Below, one piece after another: positions 38,923 to 49,071 of a stretch of 64,000 nt of DNA (positions are counted from its first letter, which is position 1; every line of letters begins with the position of its first letter). The notes under the pieces were generated by a model. That model was not told the origin of the DNA and ran no database searches. It saw nothing but the letters and a program-made list of their open reading frames with translations. This DNA is from an uncultured Macellibacteroides sp. GTDB taxonomy: Bacteria > Bacteroidota > Bacteroidia > Bacteroidales > Tannerellaceae. The translations under genes were made by a program, and so were the position numbers. Where the stretch lies: assembly GCA_963667135.1 (NCBI GenBank), contig OY762974.1:3545054-3609053 (forward strand), written 5' to 3'.

Positions 38923-40983
38923 ATGATAAACAAAGAGCTCATTAATCCTCAAAGCATTGTGATTGTTGGAGGATCAAATAATGTTCACAAACCCGGCGGA
39001 CGTTTGGTTCGCAATTTGTTGGATGGTAAATACAAAGGCGAATTATATGTGGTTAATGCCAAAGAAACAGATGTACAGGGAATAAAGTCATATGCTAATG
39101 TCCGCGAAATCCCCGATGCCGAACTAGCTATTATTTCTATACCGGGACATGCTTGCCCCGAGGTCGTGGAAGTCCTTGCAAAACAAAAAAACGTACGTGC
39201 CTTTATAATTATATCCGCAGGATTTGGTGAAGAAACGATTGAAGGAGGGATTCTTGAAGACCAAATTTTGAAGATTATCAACGAATCCGGAGCTTCCTTG
39301 ATCGGCCCGAATTGTATTGGGATAATGAATGTGAATTACCATGGGGTATTTACTCAACCCATACCTGAATTTCATCAAGATGGGGTCGATTTTATTTCCA
39401 GTTCGGGAGGTACTGCTCTGTTTATAATGGAGTCTGCGCTGACTAAAGGGCTAAGATTCTCGTCTGTATGGTCGGTCGGGAACTCAAAACAAAATGGGGT
39501 AGAGGATGTGCTGGAATATATGGACCGGAACTTTAACCCTGTTACGGATTCAAAGATAAAGATGCTTTATATAGAGAGTATAAAGCAACCGGATAAATTG
39601 CTTTATCACGCTTCTTCTTTAATAAGAAAAGGATGTAAGATTGCTGCTATCAAAGCTGGTAGCACAGATTCAGGAAAACGGGCGGCATCGTCTCATACAG
39701 GAGCCATCGCCAGTTCGGATTCTGCTGTAGAAGCTTTGTTCAGGAAAGCGGGAATTGTACGTTGTTTCAGTAGAGAAGAACTAACAACTGTTGCAAGTAT
39801 CTTTACCCTAAAAGAAGTAAAAGGGAAAAATTGTGCGATCATTACGCATGCTGGAGGACCTGCGGTGATGTTGGCCGATGCTCTTTCGAAAGGTCATTTG
39901 AATGTGCCTAATCTGGAAGGTCCTTTGGCGGAAGAATTAAAATCTAAGTTGTACTCAGGTGCTGCCGTAGGAAATCCGATCGACATAATCGGAACAGGTA
40001 CACCGGAACACTTGGCAACAGTTATAGATTACTGCGAAAATAAATTCGAAGAAATCGACTTGATGATGGTTATTTTTGGTAGTCCGGGGGTTGTAAATGT
40101 ATACGATGCCTACGAGGTGCTGCATAAAAAGATGGAAAAATGCAATAAACCTATTTTTCCTATACTTCCCTCCATTGTAACAGCCAGTCCGGAAGTTCGT
40201 AGCTTTGTAAAAAAAGGTCATGTTAATTTCTCTGATGAAGTAACACTTGGTACGGCATTATCCAGAGTTATTAATACGCCTAAACCTGCAAGTACGGATA
40301 TTCAGTTGTATGGGGTAGATGTACCTGCTGTTCGCCGAATCATCGATCAACTTCCTTCCGAGGGATATCTTAATCCTGCTCAGGTACGCACGTTGTTAGG
40401 TGCAGCCAATATTCCTATGGTAGCAGAGTTTACGTCGGATAACAAAGAAGAGATTCTTGAATTTGCCAAAAAAGTGAAATATCCTGTTGTAGCCAAAGTC
40501 GTCGGACCGGTACATAAAAGTGATATCGGTGGTGTGGCTTTGAATATAAAGTATGAAGAGCATCTTCTATTCGAATTCGAACGCATGATGCGATTGCCCG
40601 ACGTTACTTCGATCATGGTACAACCCATGCTAAAGGGTCAGGAGTTGTTCTTAGGTGCTAAGTATGAAGAAAAATTTGGTCACGTTGTTTTATGTGGTTT
40701 GGGAGGTATTTTTGTTGAAGTACTGCAGGATGTATCTTATGGATTATCCCCATTATCGTACGATGAAGCCTATTCAATGATTCGCTCGCTGCGAGGTTAT
40801 CCAATAATCAAGGGGACGCGTGGACAGAAGGGAATTGACGAAAATCAGTATGCGGATATTATAGTCCGACTTTCCACACTTCTTCGTTTTGCTACAGAGA
40901 TTAAAGAAATAGACATCAATCCGCTTTTGGCTACAGATAAAGGTCTGTTTGCTGTAGATGCCAGGATCCGAATTGAAAAGTAA
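38923..40983 (+). CDS. ADP-forming acetyl/acyl-CoA synthetase (fused CoA-binding, CoA-ligase and ATP-grasp domains)
   Basis: 686 aa. The N-terminal CoA-binding fold (IVIVGGSNNVHKPGG) is followed by a succinyl-CoA-synthetase-like region (SSHTGAIASS, containing the presumed phospho-His). The C-terminus is an ATP-grasp (YPVVAKVVGPVHKSDIGGV). Confidence 0.8.
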   Translation: MINKELINPQSIVIVGGSNNVHKPGGRLVRNLLDGKYKGELYVVNAKETDVQGIKSYANVREIPDAELAIISIPGHACPEVVEVLAKQKNVRAFIIISAGFGEETIEGGILEDQILKIINESGASLIGPNCIGIMNVNYHGVFTQPIPEFHQDGVDFISSSGGTALFIMESALTKGLRFSSVWSVGNSKQNGVEDVLEYMDRNFNPVTDSKIKMLYIESIKQPDKLLYHASSLIRKGCKIAAIKAGSTDSGKRAASSHTGAIASSDSAVEALFRKAGIVRCFSREELTTVASIFTLKEVKGKNCAIITHAGGPAVMLADALSKGHLNVPNLEGPLAEELKSKLYSGAAVGNPIDIIGTGTPEHLATVIDYCENKFEEIDLMMVIFGSPGVVNVYDAYEVLHKKMEKCNKPIFPILPSIVTASPEVRSFVKKGHVNFSDEVTLGTALSRVINTPKPASTDIQLYGVDVPAVRRIIDQLPSEGYLNPAQVRTLLGAANIPMVAEFTSDNKEEILEFAKKVKYPVVAKVVGPVHKSDIGGVALNIKYEEHLLFEFERMMRLPDVTSIMVQPMLKGQELFLGAKYEEKFGHVVLCGLGGIFVEVLQDVSYGLSPLSYDEAYSMIRSLRGYPIIKGTRGQKGIDENQYADIIVRLSTLLRFATEIKEIDINPLLATDKGLFAVDARIRIEK

Positions 40984-40991
40984 AATAAATT

Positions 40992-41024
40992 AAAAGGCTG
41001 TTGTATTTATTACAACAGCCTTTT
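40992..41024. terminator. bidirectional terminator between the convergent acyl-CoA synthetase and histidine kinase genes
   Basis: Perfect 14-bp stem AAAAGGCTGTTGTA/TACAACAGCCTTTT with a 5-nt loop. It is flanked by A-runs and T-runs on both sides. Confidence 0.8.
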
Positions 41025-41027
41025 AGT

Positions 41028-42974
41028 TTATTTACTTGCTTTATCATTTATCGGTAAGATAAACCAAAAGGTCGATCCTTTTCCTAAAACAGATTCAACA
41101 CCGATTGTTCCTCCCAGTTTAAGAATGATAGATTTCGATATGGATAATCCTAATCCATTACCTTGGCTAAAAGAGTCGAATTTTGAAAAGCGGTCAAAGA
41201 CTTTTGGTATATTTTCTTCAGCAATTCCTTTCCCTGTATCAGTAACGTAGAAATACAAACCTTCCTCTTTCTTATTGCATCCAAGACGGATACTTCCTTT
41301 TTGCGTGAATTTAATCGCATTATTTAAAAAGTTAGTAATAACCTGCGAAAGGCGATTCTTTTCCGAGATAATAGAGAATTTGCATTCGGGAGTATCCAGA
41401 ATAATGCGAACATCATCTTTCACCCGCATCGAATACATTTGCATCAAATTGTTTAGTAATTCAAATACATCAACTCTTCCCATGTTTAATTCTAACTTTC
41501 CTGCTTCAATTTTAGAAAGATCAAGAATGTCATTTATCAGTTGCAATAAAAGATCGTTATTGGTTTCAATAACTTTTATATAATCTTGTATCTCTTCTTT
41601 ACTTTCAGCATAAGCAATTAAATTTGAGAAACCAACAATCGCATTAAGAGGAGTCCGTATTTCGTGGCTCATATTCGCGAGAAAAGCAGACTTCAAGCGG
41701 TCTGATTCTTCTGCTTTAACAATAGCTTCCTTTAGAATAATCTCGTTACACTTCAGTTCTTTTGTCACATTGTCTTTTTCTTTAATTAACTGCGATGTAA
41801 TAAGTAATTGCTTTTTGTATTTAGACATGAACTTATATAACACATACAAAACCAATAACAAAATAAGGACCAATGCGCCTAATGAGTATATTATAAGCGT
41901 TCTGTTTGCTTGAAAAAAAGTAGGTTTTGGATTAATTATATTTATATTGTCAGGTATATTTTTGTACGAAATTTTCCATTTATCAAGAAACTGAGTATCA
42001 ATTTTTCCTTTTGTTTTTACAATTTGAGGAGGAAGAGAGCGAACGGAATCCTTTATCAGATCTAAAGCCATGCCAGCAACAACGTATCCCTGGTCGTACC
42101 CTCTTGTCAAATAACCTGCTATTTGTCCTTTATTCAGACCCCAATCAACGACTGTGAAAATTGGAACAGCAGCAGCTCCGGAGAAGAGCGGGAAATAGTC
42201 CGACGGACTTTTAAAATTCATTGAATTATCTCTGGACCAAAGTCCCCATATAACAAATGTGTTGCTCGACAGATTAGAAAGAAATTCAATCATATCGTCT
42301 ACAGAGGTATTACTATGTCCAAAATATTTAATGACACACTGGTTGGCATAGGGTGCTAGTTGTGATTTGGAAATTTCGCGGTGTTTCAAACCTGTATTAG
42401 AGTTGTCTGTAACAATATATACTGTATCAGTAGCCGGAAATAATTTCTTTGCCATCAGAAATGTTTTGTCATAACTATAAGATTTTACAGCAACCGATAT
42501 ATTGTCGAAATCGGGATGAATGGAAAAATCAGGAACGGAGCATAATAAGACTGGCGTTTCGTGAAATATATCCGATTTTGATTTAAAAATAATAGCAGAT
42601 GCTTCAAGATCGGATACAATAATAAAATCAAGGTTAGTAAACTTAAATGCATCAATCTGAGATTCAAGTATGTGCAACCTGTCTTCTTCCGAGAGTACCG
42701 TTTTAGAAAATAAAGAAATTTCAGTTATATTTATTTTGTACCCCCCTTCATTAAATTTGTCACTAATCCCATGCAAGATTTCCCGGGACCATTCGTATTC
42801 CTTGTTATAAGAATTTATATACAAGATATTGAGTTCTTTTATTGTTGTATTTTGAATGGGATTGTTTTTCTGAGCAGATACAGGATTAGCATAGAAAACT
42901 GTGGATAGGAATATTATAAAACAAACTCTTACGATTGTTTTATAGCGGACATTATATTTAAAACGACTTTTCAT
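41028..42974 (-). CDS. sensor histidine kinase with a periplasmic-binding-protein-like extracytoplasmic domain
   Basis: Signal/TM segment, then a ~320-aa extracytoplasmic domain and a second TM. The kinase core has an H-box (FLANMSHEIRTPLNAI), N-box (NFLNNAIKFT) and G-boxes (DTGKGI, GLGLSISK). No receiver domain is present. Confidence 0.85.
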   Translation of the reverse strand: MKSRFKYNVRYKTIVRVCFIIFLSTVFYANPVSAQKNNPIQNTTIKELNILYINSYNKEYEWSREILHGISDKFNEGGYKINITEISLFSKTVLSEEDRLHILESQIDAFKFTNLDFIIVSDLEASAIIFKSKSDIFHETPVLLCSVPDFSIHPDFDNISVAVKSYSYDKTFLMAKKLFPATDTVYIVTDNSNTGLKHREISKSQLAPYANQCVIKYFGHSNTSVDDMIEFLSNLSSNTFVIWGLWSRDNSMNFKSPSDYFPLFSGAAAVPIFTVVDWGLNKGQIAGYLTRGYDQGYVVAGMALDLIKDSVRSLPPQIVKTKGKIDTQFLDKWKISYKNIPDNINIINPKPTFFQANRTLIIYSLGALVLILLLVLYVLYKFMSKYKKQLLITSQLIKEKDNVTKELKCNEIILKEAIVKAEESDRLKSAFLANMSHEIRTPLNAIVGFSNLIAYAESKEEIQDYIKVIETNNDLLLQLINDILDLSKIEAGKLELNMGRVDVFELLNNLMQMYSMRVKDDVRIILDTPECKFSIISEKNRLSQVITNFLNNAIKFTQKGSIRLGCNKKEEGLYFYVTDTGKGIAEENIPKVFDRFSKFDSFSQGNGLGLSISKSIILKLGGTIGVESVLGKGSTFWFILPINDKASK

Positions 42975-43032
42975 ACGCTAAAATTAAGATAATAGTAACC
43001 GGACGTAATATACAATAAATAACAATACAGGC

Positions 43033-43530
43033 TTAAATATTTCTCACCATTATAAAATCATTCATAAAATAATTATTTCCGATACTATGGTCTCTGGTAC
43101 TTTCAATTACAAATCCTATATGTTTATAGAATTCAACAGCCGGATTAAACCTATTTACATAAAGTTCAATTTTGGATGCCTCCGGAAATGTTTTTTTTAT
43201 ATAAGCAATACCTTGTTCTATCATAAATCGGCCAATTCCTTTTCCCTGAACATCAGGAATGGCATATATCTTTTGAAAATTAAATAAATGCTCATCCTTT
43301 TTTTCTATCGAGCAATAAGCACAAGGCTTGCTGTCGTTTTCTACGATAAAGAAAGTGTGACGAAGTTCTGTCATCTGTTTTTGGATGTTTTCAATCGAAT
43401 ACATCATTTGAAACATATAGTTTAACTGATCTTTAGACAGAATATTTTTATAGGTGTTTTCCCATGTTTGCGAAGCCAAAGTTTGTATTAGCAAACAGTC
43501 TGAAATAGTAGCTAATCTAAAAGTTAACAT
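43033..43530 (-). CDS. GNAT family N-acetyltransferase
   Basis: 165 aa with an acetyl-CoA binding motif region (IPDVQGKGIGRFMIEQ). Confidence 0.8.
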   Translation of the reverse strand: MLTFRLATISDCLLIQTLASQTWENTYKNILSKDQLNYMFQMMYSIENIQKQMTELRHTFFIVENDSKPCAYCSIEKKDEHLFNFQKIYAIPDVQGKGIGRFMIEQGIAYIKKTFPEASKIELYVNRFNPAVEFYKHIGFVIESTRDHSIGNNYFMNDFIMVRNI

Positions 43531-43555
43531 ATCGTATACTTGTTGTTTTGATGCA

Positions 43556-43563
43556 CAAAGTTA
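43556..43563 (-). promoter_or_regulatory. Bacteroidota -7 promoter box (GNAT / histidine kinase unit)
   Basis: Minus-strand TAACTTTG, 25 nt before the ATG at 43530. Confidence 0.5.
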
Positions 43564-43849
43564 CTAAAATATGATCAGAATAGAATTGAATTATCATTGC
43601 TTATTCATTACAAATCTGATGTTTTTTTGATAAACAGACGGGTTGATAGCTCAACCCGAAAGACAAATACTAAATACAAAAAACAATTACTGGATTATAT
43701 TTTATCTTAAAAAACAAATTGTGATACCTATTTAGCTGAAATTGAGTGATTTGAATGCATTTTAATTGATATAAATAAAAAAATGTAAACAATTGATCTC
43801 TTTTTTAGGTCTTTTCACATTAAATTAATGTGTAATTCAAGGAAAAGAA

Positions 43850-43857
43850 TAACTTTG
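43850..43857 (+). promoter_or_regulatory. Bacteroidota -7 promoter box (V-ATPase operon)
   Basis: TAACTTTG, 44 nt before the ATG at 43902. Confidence 0.5.
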
Positions 43858-43901
43858 TGGGCGTCTAAACATGAAAAATTACATATAAACTATATAAGGA
43901 A

Positions 43902-44492
43902 ATGGATACAAAGATTCAGGAACTGACCGATAAAATCTACAAAGAAGGAGTAGAAAAAGGTAATGAAGAAGCATCTCGGATTATTGCTGAGGCGGTAGAG
44001 AAACAGAATTCCATACTTAACAGTGCACAAGCCGAAGCTCAGCAAATTATTGCCTCTGCAGAAAAGCAGGCTTCCGAATTAAAAAAGAATACTGAAGCAG
44101 AATTAAAACTATTTGCTACGCAATATGTTGAAGCACTAAAAAGTGAAATAGCCAATCTTATTAATGGAAAAATAGCTACTTCGAACGTAAAAGCTATTGT
44201 TTCCGATAAAGAGTTTATGCAAAAAATTATGCTCGAAATGGCTAAAGAATGGGTGAAGAAGGAAGCCCTGACTATTCAAACTTCAGATGCTGAATCTTTA
44301 ATCAATTATTTTGAATCGAATGCAAAAGCGTTGTTGAATAACGGTGTAAAAATTGAACAAATAAATGGCAAAGATGCCTCCTTCGTTATTCTTCCTGCAG
44401 ATGGTTCTTATAAAGTATCTTTTGGCGAAGCCGAATTTGTAGCCTACTTTAAAGAATTTTTACGTCCGGCGCTTGTTGAAATGCTGTTCTGA
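43902..44492 (+). CDS. ntpE: V-type ATPase subunit E
   Basis: 196 aa, alpha-helical and charged N-terminus (KIYKEGVEKGNEEASRIIAEA). It is the first gene of the V-ATPase operon. Confidence 0.75.
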   Translation: MDTKIQELTDKIYKEGVEKGNEEASRIIAEAVEKQNSILNSAQAEAQQIIASAEKQASELKKNTEAELKLFATQYVEALKSEIANLINGKIATSNVKAIVSDKEFMQKIMLEMAKEWVKKEALTIQTSDAESLINYFESNAKALLNNGVKIEQINGKDASFVILPADGSYKVSFGEAEFVAYFKEFLRPALVEMLF

Positions 44493-44493
44493 T

Positions 44494-45357
44494 ATGAGTA
44501 AATATTATGCATTAATCGCGGGGCTACCTAATATCTCTTTGGATGATAGTAAAATTACCTATTCTATTTTATCATTCAGAGAAGAATTGGATTCCATACT
44601 TACAAGCAGCGATAAAAAGCTAGTTGACCTCTTTTTCAATAAGTTTGATAATAGAAACCTGAAAAGTTACTTTGCATTTCATGATCTTGATCCCGACCCC
44701 CGCGGACGGATTTCTTATGAGGCATTTCATGATCTGATTCAAACTATTCAAGAGGGTGAGATCCCTAAAAAAAACAAGCAGATTCCCCCTTATTTTGCAG
44801 AATTCCTTTCTTTATATCTTTGCAAACAAGAAAGTAAGGAAATAATTTCGTGGGAAGACCGGTTGGCTTCATTGTATTATGCTTATGCAATGAAGAGCAG
44901 CAATAAAATTGTATCTCAATGGTTCGAACTGAATCTCAATATTAATAATATTCTTGCGGCAATTACTTGTCGCAAGTTTGGTTGGGACAAAGATTCCTAT
45001 ATCGTAGGAAACAATATCGTGGCCGAGAGTATACGAAAATCCAATGCCCGGGACTTTGGTTTAAGTGATGAGGTGGATTATTTGCCAGATTTGATTCGCA
45101 TAGCCGAAGAAACCGATTTGATGATGAGGGAAAAGAAGATAGATGTGTTGAAATGGAACTGGCTTGAGGAAAAAGTTTTTTTAATCCCATTTGATATCGA
45201 GAGTGTGTTCGCCTACCTTCTTAAACTCGAAATGATAGAGCGGTGGGTTACGCTTGATAAGAACGCAGGAGAAAACACATTCCGTTCGCTTGTTAAAGGT
45301 ATGAAAAAAGGAAGTGTGAGTGCATTGGAAGAATTTAAAAGAAATAATAATAAATAG
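44494..45357 (+). CDS. V-ATPase-associated protein (DUF2764-like; presumed C/d-type stator-rotor coupling subunit)
   Basis: 287 aa from the ATG at 44494, 1 nt after the subunit E stop. It sits between E and A, as usual in Bacteroidota V-ATPase operons. The assignment rests on context rather than motifs. Confidence 0.6.
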   Translation: MSKYYALIAGLPNISLDDSKITYSILSFREELDSILTSSDKKLVDLFFNKFDNRNLKSYFAFHDLDPDPRGRISYEAFHDLIQTIQEGEIPKKNKQIPPYFAEFLSLYLCKQESKEIISWEDRLASLYYAYAMKSSNKIVSQWFELNLNINNILAAITCRKFGWDKDSYIVGNNIVAESIRKSNARDFGLSDEVDYLPDLIRIAEETDLMMREKKIDVLKWNWLEEKVFLIPFDIESVFAYLLKLEMIERWVTLDKNAGENTFRSLVKGMKKGSVSALEEFKRNNNK

Positions 45358-45359
45358 TT

Positions 45360-47120
45360 ATGGCTACGAAAGGAATTGTAAAGGGAATCGTATCCAACCT
45401 CGTAACGCTCGAAGTGGATGGGCCGGTTTCTCAGAATGAAATCTGTTACATTTCCGTTGGAGGCGTAAAGCTGATGTCGGAAGTAATTAAGGTTATAGGT
45501 AAAAATGCATTTGTTCAGGTATTTGAAAGTACACGAGGTATGCGTGTAGGTGATGAAGCTGTTTTCGAGCACCATATGCTGGAAGTTACGCTTGGTCCGG
45601 GAATGCTTTCACGTAACTACGACGGATTGCAGAACGACCTGGATAAGATGGAGGGTGTATTCCTTAAACGTGGAGATTATACCTATGCATTGAATAGTGA
45701 TAAACTGTGGGACTTTAAGCCATTGGCTACTGTGGGCGACAAAGTTGAAGCCGGAAGCTGGTTAGGCGAAGTCGACGAAAATTTACAACCTCATAAAATA
45801 ATGGTGCCTTTTGTTCTGGAAGGTACTTATACCGTTAAATCCATTGTTGGCGCCGGCAAATACAAAATAGATAACCAGATTGCTGTTATCACAGATGCCG
45901 ATGGTAAGGATACAGTGGTTACAATGATCCAGAAGTGGCCTGTTAAAAAGGCGCTTACCTGTTACAAGTTAAAGCCGCGTCCGTATAAGTTGCTCGAAAC
46001 TGGAGTACGTATCATCGACTCTGTCAATCCAATTGTAGAAGGAGGTACAGGCTTTATCCCTGGTCCGTTCGGTACGGGAAAAACAGTGCTTCAGCATGCT
46101 ATTTCGAAACAAGCAGAAGCAGATATTGTAATTATTGCCGCCTGTGGCGAACGCGCCAATGAAGTTGTTGAGATATTTGCCGAGTTCCCTCATTTGATCG
46201 ACCCTCATACAGGACGTAAACTGATGGAACGTACCATAATTATAGCCAACACGTCCAATATGCCGGTGGCAGCCCGCGAGGCGTCTGTTTATACTGCCAT
46301 GACTATTGCCGAATATTACCGTAGCATGGGATTGAAGGTTTTACTGATGGCAGACTCAACTTCCCGTTGGGCTCAGGCATTGCGTGAAATGTCTAACCGT
46401 CTGGAAGAACTTCCCGGACCGGATGCTTTCCCTATGGACTTGTCCGCCATTGTGGCCAACTTCTATGCACGTGCAGGCTATGTTGAGCTGAATAACGGAG
46501 CAACAGGTTCGGTTACGTTTATTGGGACAGTGTCTCCGGCAGGTGGTAACCTAAAGGAACCGGTAACAGAAAATACCAAAAAAGTTGCCCGTTGTTTTTA
46601 TGCGCTCGAACAAGAACGTGCCGACCGCAAACGTTATCCGGCGGTAAACCCAATAGATAGCTATTCAAAGTATCTGGAGTATCCCGAATTTCAGGAATAT
46701 ATTGCCAAACATATTTCACCTAACTGGATAGAAAAAGTTGATGAAATCAAGACGCGTATGTTACGTGGCAAAGAGATTGCCGAACAGATTAATATCCTTG
46801 GCGACGACGGTGTGCCTGTAGAATATCACATTACGTTCTGGAAATCGGAGTTAATTGACTTTGTAATTTTACAACAAGACGCTTTTGATGCTGTGGATGC
46901 GGTAACTCCGCTTAATCGTCAGGAGTTTATGATGGACAGAGTGATAAAGATTTGTCGTTCCGATTTTAGATTTGACGGATTCTCTGAAGTTATGGACTAT
47001 TTCAAGAAACTGATCAATGTGTTCAAGCAAATGAACTATGCTGAATACGAGAGCGAAAACTTCAAGAAATTCAACGATCAATTGGATGAGACTCTTTTAG
47101 AGCGAATTGTAAATAAATAA
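45360..47120 (+). CDS. ntpA: V-type ATPase catalytic subunit A
   Basis: 586 aa. Walker A is GPFGTGKTV, with the V/A-type non-homologous insert and the ADSTSRWAQALREMS block. Confidence 0.95.
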   Translation: MATKGIVKGIVSNLVTLEVDGPVSQNEICYISVGGVKLMSEVIKVIGKNAFVQVFESTRGMRVGDEAVFEHHMLEVTLGPGMLSRNYDGLQNDLDKMEGVFLKRGDYTYALNSDKLWDFKPLATVGDKVEAGSWLGEVDENLQPHKIMVPFVLEGTYTVKSIVGAGKYKIDNQIAVITDADGKDTVVTMIQKWPVKKALTCYKLKPRPYKLLETGVRIIDSVNPIVEGGTGFIPGPFGTGKTVLQHAISKQAEADIVIIAACGERANEVVEIFAEFPHLIDPHTGRKLMERTIIIANTSNMPVAAREASVYTAMTIAEYYRSMGLKVLLMADSTSRWAQALREMSNRLEELPGPDAFPMDLSAIVANFYARAGYVELNNGATGSVTFIGTVSPAGGNLKEPVTENTKKVARCFYALEQERADRKRYPAVNPIDSYSKYLEYPEFQEYIAKHISPNWIEKVDEIKTRMLRGKEIAEQINILGDDGVPVEYHITFWKSELIDFVILQQDAFDAVDAVTPLNRQEFMMDRVIKICRSDFRFDGFSEVMDYFKKLINVFKQMNYAEYESENFKKFNDQLDETLLERIVNK

Positions 47121-47124
47121 AGTT

Positions 47125-48450
47125 ATGGCAACAAAAGCATTTCAGAAAATATATACGAAAATCACCCAAATTACAAAGGCCACATGTTCGCTTAAGGCTG
47201 CTGGAATTGGGTATGATGAGCTGGCTTCTGTAGATGGAAAGCTCGCTCAGGTAGTGAAAATTATTGGCGACGAAGTAACGCTTCAGGTTTTTTCGGGAAC
47301 AGAAGGTATCCGAACAAATGCCGAGGTTGTTTTTATGGGCAAAGCGCCTTCGCTGAAGGTGGGAGACCAGCTTGCCGGTCGTTTCTTTAACGCTTACGGA
47401 GACCCAATTGACGGAGGTCCTGTTCCGGAAGGAAAAGATGTTGAGATTGGCGGACCTTCCGTAAATCCGGTGCGTCGTAAACAACCATCCGAACTTATTG
47501 CTACAGGTATTGCCGGTATCGACCTGAACAATACACTGGTAACCGGACAGAAAATTCCTTTCTTCGCCGATCCTGACCAACCTTTCAATCAGGTTATGGC
47601 TATGGTGGCCTTACGGGCGCAATCAGACAAGATTATTCTTGGAGGTATGGGTATGACCAACGACGACTACCTGTTCTTTAAAAATACATTTAGCAATGCA
47701 GGTGCGTTGGACCGTATCGTGAGTTTTATTAATACCACCGAAGATCCTTCGGTGGAACGTATTCTTATTCCGGATATGGCCCTGTGTGCCGCAGAGTATT
47801 TTGCGGTAGAAAAGAATGAAAAGGTGTTGGTACTGCTTACCGACATGACCAACTATGCGGATGCTTTGGCCATTGTGTCGAACCGTATGGATCAGATTCC
47901 ATCCAAAGACTCTATGCCGGGATCTTTGTATTCGGACCTTGCCAAGATTTACGAAAAGGCCGTGCAGTTCCCTGCCGGAGGCTCCATTACCATTATCGCG
48001 GTAACTACCTTATCTGGTGGAGATATCACTCATGCCGTACCTGATAATACCGGATATATCACAGAAGGGCAGCTATATCTTCGTCGCGACAGCGATGTTG
48101 GTAAAGTAATTGTTGACCCGTTCCGTAGTTTGTCTCGTCTTAAGCAGTTGGTTATAGGGACTAAAACCCGCGAAGATCATCCGCAGGTAATGAACGCCGC
48201 TGTTCGTTTGTATGCGGATGCTGCCAATGCAAAGACAAAACTTGAAAATGGATTCGACCTTACCGATTATGATATCAGGACGCTTAATTATGCGAAAGAT
48301 TATTCGAAAAAGCTGTTGGCAATCGACGTAAATCTGGATACTACAGAAATGCTTGATGTTACCTGGGGATTGTTTTCCAAACATTTCAAGCCTGCTGAAG
48401 TAAATATTAAGCAAGTGCTTGTTGATCAATACTGGAAAATTAAAGAATAA
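47125..48450 (+). CDS. ntpB: V-type ATPase subunit B
   Basis: 441 aa. Contains the conserved LLTDMTNYADALAIVS and PGSLYSDLAKIYE blocks and no canonical P-loop. Confidence 0.95.
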   Translation: MATKAFQKIYTKITQITKATCSLKAAGIGYDELASVDGKLAQVVKIIGDEVTLQVFSGTEGIRTNAEVVFMGKAPSLKVGDQLAGRFFNAYGDPIDGGPVPEGKDVEIGGPSVNPVRRKQPSELIATGIAGIDLNNTLVTGQKIPFFADPDQPFNQVMAMVALRAQSDKIILGGMGMTNDDYLFFKNTFSNAGALDRIVSFINTTEDPSVERILIPDMALCAAEYFAVEKNEKVLVLLTDMTNYADALAIVSNRMDQIPSKDSMPGSLYSDLAKIYEKAVQFPAGGSITIIAVTTLSGGDITHAVPDNTGYITEGQLYLRRDSDVGKVIVDPFRSLSRLKQLVIGTKTREDHPQVMNAAVRLYADAANAKTKLENGFDLTDYDIRTLNYAKDYSKKLLAIDVNLDTTEMLDVTWGLFSKHFKPAEVNIKQVLVDQYWKIKE

Positions 48451-48453
48451 ACT

Positions 48454-49071
48454 ATGGCTATAAAGTTTCAATATAACAAAACTTCGCAGCAGCTACTTGA
48501 GAAACAACTCAAAGTACGCGAACGTTCCCTTCCTACTATTAAAAGTAAGGAGAGTGCTTTGCGTCTTGAAGTGAAGCGCACAAAAGACGAAGTAAGATCA
48601 TTGGAACTTCAGCTTGAAGAAGAGATTCGTAGTTACGAAAATATGGTTGCTCTTTGGAATGAATTTAAACCATCTCTTATTAAAATAAAGGATGTAACTC
48701 TTTCCACTAGAAAAATAGCCGGTGTACTTGTTCCTGTTTTGAATGAAATTGAGTTTGAGATAGAACAGTACAGTCTTTTTAATTCCCCCGCGTGGTTTAC
48801 AGATGGTATCGAGCTGCTAAAGATCTTGGCTCGTACAGGCATCGAAGCCGAGTTTTCGGGAATGAAGCTGGAGTTGTTGGAACATGCCAGGAAGAAGACT
48901 ACTCAAAAAGTGAACCTTTTTGAAAAAGTTCAGATTCCCGGATACAAAGATGCGATTCGTAAAGTGAAACGATTTATGGAAGACGAAGAAAGTCTTTCCA
49001 AGTCGTCGCAGAAAATCATGAGATCTAATCTGGAGAAACGTAACGTCAAAGAAGAGGAGGATGTGGCATGA
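48454..49071 (+). CDS. ntpD: V-type ATPase subunit D
   Basis: 205 aa coiled-coil protein (NKTSQQLLEKQLKVRERSLPTIKSKESALR) located after subunit B. Confidence 0.85.
   Translation: MAIKFQYNKTSQQLLEKQLKVRERSLPTIKSKESALRLEVKRTKDEVRSLELQLEEEIRSYENMVALWNEFKPSLIKIKDVTLSTRKIAGVLVPVLNEIEFEIEQYSLFNSPAWFTDGIELLKILARTGIEAEFSGMKLELLEHARKKTTQKVNLFEKVQIPGYKDAIRKVKRFMEDEESLSKSSQKIMRSNLEKRNVKEEEDVA

Noticed and set aside
43639-43658. 8-bp GC-rich hairpin CGGGTTGA-TAGC-TCAACCCG as a terminator
   Set aside because: No U-run follows on either strand, and it lies upstream of both divergent genes, so nothing terminates there. It is kept only as a note in the V-ATPase promoter finding.
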